A stretch of DNA of 64,000 bases from Vicugna vicugna (taxonomy: Eukaryota), in contig MU057640.1 in NCBI GenBank assembly GCA_013265495.1, positions 1,497,303 through 1,561,302 of the forward strand, read 5' to 3'. Position numbers and translations under genes: made by a program. Below the pieces are notes generated by a model. That model was given only the letters and a program-made list of their open reading frames with translations, did not search any database and had not been told where the DNA came from. Positions 54,383 to 64,000 of this stretch are shown here, in pieces. Position 1 is the stretch's first letter; each line of letters begins with the position of its first letter.

Positions 54383-54890
54383 CACCCATTTGGGAAAGCA
54401 CAGCTCTAGGTTCCTTCTGCTAAGGAAGCAACAATTTCTGCTCAAAAGTTCCTGTTTCAGAGACTTGCACCTCACCCAGTTTATTTAATCTTCTATCCAC
54501 AAGCAGTTCCCCAGTTCAGGACTTTAAGCTTTCTCTCTGTATACCTAACTTGACTGAAGAAAACACTAGAAAGCAGTGCCAGGAGCAGAAAGACCAACAG
54601 ATACAGAATCAGAAAACCTGAGTTCAAAATCTGCCATTACCAACTGGGTAACTTGGGGCGGGGGAAGCAACCGTTTCTGAGACTGGTTCTTTATTTTGAA
54701 AATTAGGGAAATTCTATTTTGTTTAACTGTCTTGGTTATTATAAAGATTGGTAACTATCCTAAATGATTAACAGCAATTATAAAGCTAAAAGCAATTTTA
54801 TTTCTATACCTCTAAATAGTCATGTATATTTATTATATATTATAATCATTATTACTACATAGATGAACAGTAATTTTGTTTATCTATCTA
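54383..54890. repeat. Local ~500 bp duplication, copy 1 (contains a MIR fragment)
   Basis: Aligns end to end with 55932-56460. Confidence 0.95.
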
Positions 54891-55931
54891 TATAAGGTTT
54901 TTTTCAGGCTGGAATATATTAGCAATGCTTATTCCAAAAGTGCAAGTTAGAAAAATCAACATTGAGAAGGCAATTATAAAGAGACAAATGAAGAAAGGAA
55001 GACCTGGATGCCACATGTGAAGCCTGGTGATACCAAGTCAGGGGAGGGATTCCGATGGCTCCTAGGTACCAACAGTGGGGACTTAGTGCAGTGCACGACA
55101 GAGGAGTCCTCACCTAAACAGTAACAGGGTTGGAAGAGCTGTCACCTAATAACAAAAAAAACCTCTCATTCCATCATTTTAGTGCAAGATCAAGACCTTT
55201 TTAGATGGTGAGCTCTTTAAAGGTACTGTCTTCCTCATCACACTAGCACAGTGCCTGGTATCTAAGAGATACTCCAAAAATGGTGGCTGAATAGAAAGAA
55301 TTTTATAAAGAAACTGAACTCATGAAAGTGACCATAACTCTCAGTAGACATTATCCCCAGGTCCCCTGAAGTACTCAGAATACTCCTGGTATTGGCCATC
55401 AGCACCATGTCCTCCACTACAAAGGACTTGGGTAACTGCATAATGATTCTCCAAACAGAGAACTGGATTTTCTTAGACTGACTCTTCAGCTAATTTCATA
55501 GTTGATAATAGCTTGCACAGAGAGAAGTCTCCACTCTGCCAACTCTTTACAGCTCATTTGTAATTTGCATTATCAACATCACCTTCAAACCACAGTGCTT
55601 TGTAGGAATCTTTGTAAGCCAAGTGTCAACTTTGTAGCCGGTGCTTTAATTAGAACTGGTTAACATAATCTGCAAGCCTATTGAGTAAATGCAGCATGTC
55701 ACAAGAGGCTAAAAGCAAACAACAGAGTGAGGGTCCCTCTCCACTTTCTCCTTGTGAAGTCCCACACAACCCCCAGGAGGGCTGTGTTCCAAATGGACAC
55801 TTAGCATCTGACACAGGACCATGCAAGGGCCGCAGTTTCAATTCCAATGTTTAATACTGGTAACTTTCAGTTTATTTCTTAGAATAGCTTAATAACAACT
55901 CTAATATTTACTTCCAGCACACCAACATATA

Positions 55932-56460
55932 CACCCATTTGGGAAAACACAGGTCTAGGTTTCTTCTGACAGGAGGCAACCATTTCTGCTCAAAAGTTCC
56001 TGTTTCAGAGACGTGCACTTCACCCACTTTATTTAACCTTCAATGTGCAGTTTCGGATGGAAGGTCAGCAGTTCCCCAGTTCAGGACTGTGAAGTCAGAT
56101 TCCCACTACTCCTTCACTCCATACCTAACCTGACTGAAGAAAAGAGTAGGAAGCAGTGCCAGGAGCAGAAAGACCAACAGATTCAGAATCAGAAAATCTG
56201 GGTTCAAAATCTGCCATTACCAACTGTAACTTGGGGCGGGGGAAACAACCATTTCTGACACTGTTTCTTGATTTCAAAAATAAGGAAAATTCTATTTTGT
56301 TCAATTGTCTTGGTTATTATAAAGATTGGTAACTATCCTAAATGATTAACAGCAATTATAAAGCTAAAAGCAATTTTATTTCTATACCTATCCATATAAA
56401 ATATACTTATTATATAATCTTTATTATTATTTCAGATGAACAGTAAATTTATTTATATAT
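55932..56460. repeat. Local ~500 bp duplication, copy 2
   Basis: Same-strand copy starting cacccatttgggaaa; two small indels relative to copy 1. Confidence 0.95.
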
Positions 56461-56689
56461 GTATATGTTTAATTTTTAAAATGAAGGTAATTTTACTTGT
56501 TTATACATTTAATTATAAATAATTAATAATTATTTTAAAGACTAAAAATTTTTACCATTTTCCTTCATGTTTTCTCTTAGTAAGTCATTCTATGAAGCAC
56601 GAACTCTTAATAGCAACAAATTCAAAAGACATCTTTGTAAAGTTTCAAGTCATCTATTACTGTAATAAAGTTATTATGTAATTACAAAA

Positions 56690-57180
56690 ATAATACCTCT
56701 TTGAGTGGAAAATTGCAAAATTCAAAATAAATATAAACTATAAACTCAGAAGCCACCCACAATCCTATCACACAGAGGTAAGCTGCTGATATTGTAGTAG
56801 TTTTAAAAATTGAGATCATATTACGTAAAGTGCTTTCTATCCTTTGTAATTTAACATTATCCTCTGAATACTTCTCCATGTCATTTGGTATTCTTCAAAA
56901 ATTGGATGCTTAATCACAGTATGATAAGTCTTCTACGTGTAGACGGCACAACTTAACCACTTTTGCACTACCTGCCATGTAGACTGCACCCAATTTTTAT
57001 GTTATGAATACTAAAGTGATAAACATCTTTGGAATCTGTATGTATTAAAGAAATGTTTTTTTCACAGCATCAAGTCCTAGAAGTGGTAAAGTGGAAACAA
57101 CCCGTTTGAAGTTTTTCGGCACATACACTAAAACTGTTTTTATAAAGTTCATGTAGTAAAACCCCACTTAACCAAGGTAA
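56690..57180 (-). mobile_element. Ancient L1ME-like 3' fragment
   Basis: cacccacaatcctatcacacagaggta...ttgagatcatatta...tttaacattatc resembles reverse L1ME4. Confidence 0.55.
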
Positions 57181-58099
57181 AAGGATGATAACTGGCTTAG
57201 AAATTAAAAAGGTTGATTTCTGTAGAGTACCACTCACATACATGCACGTACACACGCATGCACACACAGACACACCCCTACCTTGCCAACTTATTTGAAA
57301 TTAATAAGATGTATATTCTTTCACCAATTTCCTGATGTGGGGGTCGATGTCTTTTTCATGAACAAGCAGTCTTTGGACTGACTGTTGGGCTAATCATTCT
57401 GACACAAGCCACACCCCTCAAAAACATCACCCACAACTTCCAATCTCCCCGCTTTATCAGAGTGGAGCACAAACTCAGAAGCTCTCAGGAAGCAAGCTGA
57501 CACCCCTTAAGGAGGTTTAATTACTCCTCCAGTCCTTCGCAGCTGCCATGACAATACCTAACTTAACAGCATTCTTTTTGGAGGCTTGCTTTTGGAGGCT
57601 TTCCAAAGCACTTAGCATATTTTGGTAGAAATATAACACTCACATTTCATCAGATTACATAAAATTTTAATTATGTAATTACAATAACAAGTACCACAGA
57701 CAAAAACAGGTTCTTGTTATAAACAAAAGGAACTCATGATGAGCATTCAACATGACCAGTCTACCCCGAACGACCTGGGTGTCTAGAGAGTGGGGGCCAT
57801 TTGTAGGTGTTGGCATCGTGGGCAGCAATGAGAAAGAAGGAGGAAGGTGAAGGTCACCAAAGAGAGTGCTCATCTCTCGGCACCTTGCAAGGACTGAGTA
57901 TTCTGTTTCAAGGGTCAATAAACACCTTTTACATATACGTAGGTCAGTGTAAACTCACCCAGGCAAAGACCTTCCCTAAACTTAAAGGAAGCGCAGGGCA
58001 CAGACACACACTGCTGAATGAGGCCAAGAGCACCCAGCTGGGGTCTCTCTGGTTTCCTCTACTAGCCATCCAACGTTGAAGCCCAGGCATGGTCCCCAT

Positions 58100-58540
58100 C
58101 CCTCCTTCCTTTTCTATTTAAATTCAGCCAACAGCTGATCTCACCCAGTCTCAAAGCTTCAAATATCATGTATACAGCCAAGACTCTCAAATTTAAAACT
58201 CTAGGTAAACTGTCTTCTCAGCATGTCAAAACCAGAAGAATATGGATTCCCCTACCTCCCAGACCCGCTCCATTCACCAGACCGGTGACCACCACCACCA
58301 GCCACTCAGGCCAAAAGGCTCAGTTGTCCTTGACTTTACCCATCTGTAACTCCACATGCAATGTAATGCATTGTTCCTGCCACCTCTTCATGTGTTTGTG
58401 AATGTAGACCCTGTGTCCGTTCCTTAAAATGTAAGCATCTAGAAAGCAGAGGACTTGCTTTGCTCACGGCTGTGTTTCCAGCTCCCAAAGTAGTCCAAGT
58501 ACAAAGCAAGTCCTTAGTAAACACTGTAGAGCAAAAAGAG
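58100..58540 (+). mobile_element. L2 fragment
   Basis: ctcacccagtctcaaagcttcaaatatcatgtatacagccaagactctcaaattt...tttgctcacggctgtgtttccagctccc. Confidence 0.6.
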
Positions 58541-60033
58541 CGCCTAAAAAAACTTAACATTCCTCTAGGAAGTGTTCCATATATAATCAGAAGACCAGGA
58601 GAACATTTTCCAATCCCTTTTACAATGTACAATATTCACAAGAGACCACTACCCACAACACCCTCCCTGTACAGATGTGAGCCTTAAGGTCCATAAAGTT
58701 TCTGTGATTTAACCATGAGCATGAGAACACAGCTCCTAACCTAAGTGTCTAATGATATACGGGCAGTCCCACCAGTCACCCTCTGCATCCCCTCTCCTTC
58801 TGTTTTTATACAACACATCTCTTGCAAGTGTTTGGAGAATCCAATTGAGTTAATGTCAGAGATATGCATTTTTTTTTTCATTTTGGGTCTGTAAGAAAAC
58901 ATTCAGCAAGAGGGTTCTCAAACTGTCCCCAGTTTCAGGGCAGCTTGAAAAGCCCACGGCTACTTTGGAGGCTGCTGAAGTGTCAGAGAGCGATTCCCAG
59001 CAGACAGAAACTAAGAGGCTAGTTTCCCAGATTCAAAATTCCCAAGTCACTGCCGGAAGATACTGCTGCAAACGTGGCTTCCTCCTTTCACCAACCCTTC
59101 CCTATCAGGATCCACTGTGAATTTCCAGGACAGAGAGAGAGGGTCTGCAATTTGGTAACTGTCACTTGTGTCGTATTTACTGTTCAAAGGTTCATCATAA
59201 AAAGCAGCAATGTAAGTCCCCACCCAGGAAGCTCCCCAAGGTCAACGTCCCACAGGAGTCAAGTAATGTCGCCTCACCGATTTTATCACTTCCCTGTCCC
59301 ACTCTGAATACCCTGGTGCTTACAAACCTCCACGTACCACTTCATTAAGCTCCCTCAACACGCTGTAAGGGGCCTGCCAGGCACCCCCCGCTGCCGCCGC
59401 CAGATCCTGCAGCCATCGAGGTAAACCAGGTGTCCCCACAGCTCCCGTGCCCACTCACCTTGCCACATCACCCTCCTGGCCAGGGCTGGGCATGACGCAT
59501 GATCACGCCCAATGTGTGGTTCTAGTTCTACCTGACGTGTTTTTACTGGTAACAACTACTAGTAAGTACTTTAAAACTAACAGAACAGTTTTTCCCCAAA
59601 TATCTCTTCATCTGCTCCTCATAAACACCTCCCCAGAAAGCAGACAGCAATGTCACCTTCCTCATTTTTCACACAAGGATAGGGATGATCAAAGGGGTTC
59701 AGAGACGCAACCAATGTCACCTGGAGTAAAGTCCACACCTGCACCAGAGTCTTTCAGATTGGAAGCCCTTGCTCTTGTGCCTCTACTAACCCCACGGTCT
59801 CTTGTGAGAGCTGCGCCCATGGCGGGTTACCCGCCTCCACTACCCGGGCAGAGCGCCCTCCCATTAATCCCTCATTCATTACAGCTCCCTGCTGCCTTGG
59901 TTTGTTGTTTGTTTATTTGTTTTGCAGGCCAGGATGGATTCACATAAAACTTTTCACTCCTAGGGGCTCTCAGTTAATGTCAGGCCATGTGTACCAAGGG
60001 ATACACATATAACAGGTTAAAAAAAAATAATGC

Positions 60034-60622
60034 AAGACATACATCTGGAGGAAACTCTAATTTGAAAAGATACATGCATCCCAATTTTCTAGCAGCACTA
60101 TTTATAATAGCCAAGACATGGAAATAACCTAAATGTCAATTGACAGATGACTGGATAAAGATGTGAATGGACTACTACTCAACCATAAAAAAAATGCCAT
60201 TTGCAGCAATGTTAATGGACCTGAGACTGTCATTCTAAGTGCAGTAAGTCAGAAAGAGAAAGAAATATATCACATGATATCACTTATATATGGAATCTTA
60301 AAAAAGAAAAAGACATAAATGAACTTATTTAAAAAACAGAAACAGACTCACAGACATTGAAACAAATTTATGGTTATCAAAGGGGAAAGGGGGTAGGGAT
60401 AAACTGGGAGTTCAAGATTTGCAGATACTAACCACTACATATAAAATAAATAAACAACAAGGTCCTACTGTACAGCCCAGGGAACTATATTCAATACCTT
60501 GTAATGGCCTCAAATGAAAAAGAATATGAAAAAGAATATATATAAATGTGTGTATAGCTGAATCACTATGCTGTACACCAGAAATTAACACAACATTGTA
60601 AATCAACTATACTTCAAGTCTT
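60034..60622 (+). mobile_element. 5'-truncated L1 3' end
   Basis: ORF2 C-terminal and 3' UTR text homologous to 42248-43008; perfect 13 bp TSD AAAAAAATAATGC at 60021-60033 and 60623-60635. Confidence 0.93.
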
Positions 60623-61261
60623 AAAAAAATAATGCTGGCAAAAGAAAGATAGCAAATTGCTCCCTCCTCCCGCACTATATGCCATAGTTTGCAAAGAGCT
60701 TTCCCATAGACTCAGAGCCCATCAGAATAATAACTAAGCACTAAGACTGAAGCTGGGGAAGCTGGGACTCAGTTTGAGGGGTTGGACAAGGTATCTTGGA
60801 GCTGAGACTCAAGTGGACTCTGAAGGACGGAGTAAGATCTCAGAGAAGTTGAGGTGAGAGACATGGCATTCCGCAGCATTCCAGAATCAGCACATACCAC
60901 AGCGGCCTGAAAAATGGAAAAAAGACCTGGAGAGTCAGGACACGCTAGGCTGGGCCACCTGGTTTCCACTGTGGAGTAACAAGAGCTGCAGGTGAAAACA
61001 AGGGAAATACTTAAACAAAAACATGGAGACCCAGCTAAAGCGAATGACCAGCTTGGCCGGAGAACAATCAACATAATGAGCTTTCTTTCATAAACATACA
61101 TGGCTCTCAGAGACACAAAGCTGAGACTTTTCATGATAGAATTTTTGAGTTCCTGTCCTCCAAGAGACAAACTCACCTTTTATGCTTCTTCATCCCCTCT
61201 GTTTTCATTGCAAAAAGATTCATATCTTTTCACTTGTGCACTGCTGTATTACACTTTCATT

Positions 61262-61300
61262 TGTGTGTGTGTGTGTGTGCGTGTGTGTGTGTGTGTGTGT
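61262..61300. repeat. Interrupted (TG)n microsatellite
   Basis: Directly visible, with one C interruption. Confidence 0.97.
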
Positions 61301-61547
61301 CTACCTTTGGGTACCTATTTAAACCTGGTGCAAGCTTTCAAAGTGGGACCATATCTTTTATTCCTTTTGTATACCTTGCAGAATCTGGAATAATATTTCT
61401 CACGAAGGTCAACCCTACAAATATAATTGACTGATCAGAAAATCATCTTTTAATAATTCTATTTTAAAAGAATTAGCAGTGATCATAGGAGAAACCCCTG
61501 AAACACACACTCACCTGTTTCGCCCTTCGTAGGCCTGTTCATCTGTC

Positions 61548-61792
61548 TTTATTATGTCAGGCACTGTTCCAAGCACTTTATTTTTATTAACTGACATCAT
61601 CCTCCTAACAATCCTATGATGCACACGCTAGTATCACTGCTGTTATCACTTTACAAAAGAGGAAACTGAAGCACAGAGAGGTTAACTAACTTGCCCAACG
61701 TCACAAAGCTGGTAAGTGGTAGAGGCAGGATCTAAATGCAGGCAGTCTGGTTCCAGAGTCAGGGCACTAAACCCCTATGCATGACACTGTCT
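61548..61792 (-). mobile_element. Near full-length MIR SINE
   Basis: gaggaaactgaagcacagagaggttaactaacttgcccaacgtcacaaagctggtaagtgg is the reverse MIR core. Confidence 0.9.
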
Positions 61793-64000
61793 CTCAAAAT
61801 ACCGTATTATACTTGAAAACATATGAGACAAGTTTTGCTTCTTCAGTTTTTAAGCTACGTGGCAATCATATTTTCTTTCAAAATTTGCCACAATGCAAAC
61901 TGCAATTATCTTTTTAAGTCACAAAAAATACAAAGATTTTAATAAGCTTCTCAATAATGCATTTGGATCTGGGCTTTGCATGCTGTTTATTCTAGGAAGT
62001 ACATCTGCTCTTGGCATTAAATATGACAAAACCAGCTACTTCATGCTTACACAATCAGAATGTCAGCACCATCATCTGATCAAACAAATAGTGAATGATT
62101 AATGCTTCTTCTTAAATTTCTTTTTAAACACATTAATGGATAAATAGCTAAGCAAATATTACTTGATTCAAATAACCTGCGATCTACAAAGAGAAGTGAG
62201 TTCCTTACCTATAAATAATAGTCAACACTCACCTGGACAAGGCGGCATCTGACGGTGTATTTGTAAATATCTACACACAAGACTGACGTGAAGAATCCCG
62301 CACCGACAGCAGTCCATGCTGACATAAATCAGGATGCTGACATGACAATCACAGGCATGGCTGGTTTCACATGACAACTTAGTGTTGGCTCTTTCAGTCA
62401 GAAAACTCTTCTGTAGAAATGCTCTGAAATCTTGACGACGAGTTATAAGGCAAAGCCAGGCTGACTTATATGCCTCAAATCATTAACTCTATGACATGTA
62501 TGAATAACTGATTTACAGATCAAAAGCACTCACATAGCCTACTACATTTGATCCAAATGGAGAGAATATGAAAGAGAAAAAAACTTTTCAAAATATACTG
62601 AAGCCATTAAATTTGGTTCCTGTGCACCACACGAAATAGTTCAAAAAACTAACTCGTCAACATGCTTGAGACTACAAATACCCAGTTTAATCAGAAATAG
62701 TAGCAAACGCGAGGCAAAACAAATGCTTCTTAAGAAAAAGCATTTCATGTAGCTCATAATGCAAACAAATCTCTATGTTAGGCCCAATTTTTGGATTCAA
62801 AAGTTAATATGATCTTGCTAAGAGGGCACAGTTAGAACACAGTGGACTTTATTACCGTGGCTTTCTTCACGGTTCGGCTCATGCCCGTTGTTTATCTATG
62901 CAAAGAGCAGCCTGGGAACTGTCCTAGTTTCCTTGAGAGTTACCAACTGAAGCTAATGTTTCCTTCGTGAGAAGGCCACTCTGAAAGGGTACCATGAACC
63001 TAGCCAGCTTCTCTGGCTATTTACACAGACATAAGCCAACGTGCAGCACGGGCAGCGCTAGCTTTGGGATGGGATCTGCGTATCCTCCAGTGTCTCTCCA
63101 CAGTCCTCACTGTGTTCATCTGCTCAGCTCAAAATAAAGGGCAGCCTTTCCCCCCAGGTAAGTAGCAAGTTTAAAATGAGTTTACTTGTACATATTAATG
63201 GACAGCAGCCCAAGTACCAGAGTGGGGCTCCCTTTAGGGGTACATTAGCTTTTTCCTGTCACCCCTGAAGCACAGCACCTTGGACATACACCCAGTACGT
63301 GAAACCCCTCCTCTTCTCCCAAAGCACTCCACACACATCTCAAGACGGACCGAATCATCAGTTTGTTTCCAGTGTTGCCTATTTCGTCTCAAGACATTTG
63401 TAAGGACTTATGAGAACGACCATTCAGAACATTTACTAGAGAACCACCGTATGTTCCCCCACATACCACCCCCAAGTACGTGACTGTGAAAATCTTTCTT
63501 AACTTCCTCTTTAAAATGAGGCTGTTGCGAGAAATGCAATGTGCGCAGCAAGGCTAGCACGAAGTCCACACCCAAAACACATACCACCACCAAAACAACA
63601 CTGATTGCTGAAAATCCCCTTAGCTTTCGATGACGGTTCTGCAATGCCGGGGAGAGACCTTAAATACCAGGAATAAGGGAGGACCCTGGGAGAACTAAAA
63701 ACTGATAGCAATTTTGAGCCTTATACTATGTCTACTAAAAACAATGCCTTAGGCCAGGTTAAAGAGCTGAATCAGTTTGAGTCTTTCACTTCAGCTTCTT
63801 GCTGCCATATGATTATGCACCTTGACTCAACAGGCAAAGCCCACCGGGCCAGCTTCCGAGAATATCTGTATATAAACGCAACACTTCTACCTGATAAAGT
63901 ACACATACGGCAAGGCTGCGGTCTTGTTCCACACTTCATACCACTGGTCTCACTAACAGGCATGCACCCAGTTACCAAAAGAATATCTATTTGTCAACAG

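Noticed and set aside
60769..61176. 135 aa minus-strand ORF
   Set aside because: Lies in L2-like sequence; no recognisable protein or splice context.
1..64000. CRISPR array, operon or other prokaryotic-type system
   Set aside because: The sequence is mammalian; there are no regularly spaced repeat-spacer arrays or dense gene-like ORFs.

Overview
Mammalian, non-coding, repeat-rich genomic DNA. It is most likely from a camelid (camel or alpaca group), because it holds three tRNA-Ala-derived Vic-1-like SINEs and a recurrent lineage-type L1 3' end. I found no protein-coding exon I can recognise: ORF-track entries with real protein similarity are decayed LINE-1 ORF2 fragments, and the rest look like chance ORFs. 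An A-rich + strand and mostly + strand L1s suggest the window lies in one or more large introns of an unidentified minus-strand gene (inference). The content is an archive of L1, L2, MIR, ERV LTR (MLT1, MLT2, MER34-like) and DNA-transposon (MER2, MER58, MER102, MER104) relics, several with readable target-site duplications (TSDs). The most notable local structures are two TSD-bounded L1s whose 5' UTR is fused directly to ORF2, a ~500 bp dispersed duplication with an 84 bp perfectly identical tract, a ~70 bp direct repeat pair 1 kb apart with a palindromic core, a MIR with strongly AT-to-GC-biased substitutions, a SINE with an apparent serial 3' transduction, and a few weak minus-strand exon or enhancer candidates. 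The sequence does not support a new biological system. Repeat subfamily names come from recalled consensus sequences and need RepeatMasker/Dfam confirmation; boundaries of old repeats are approximate.
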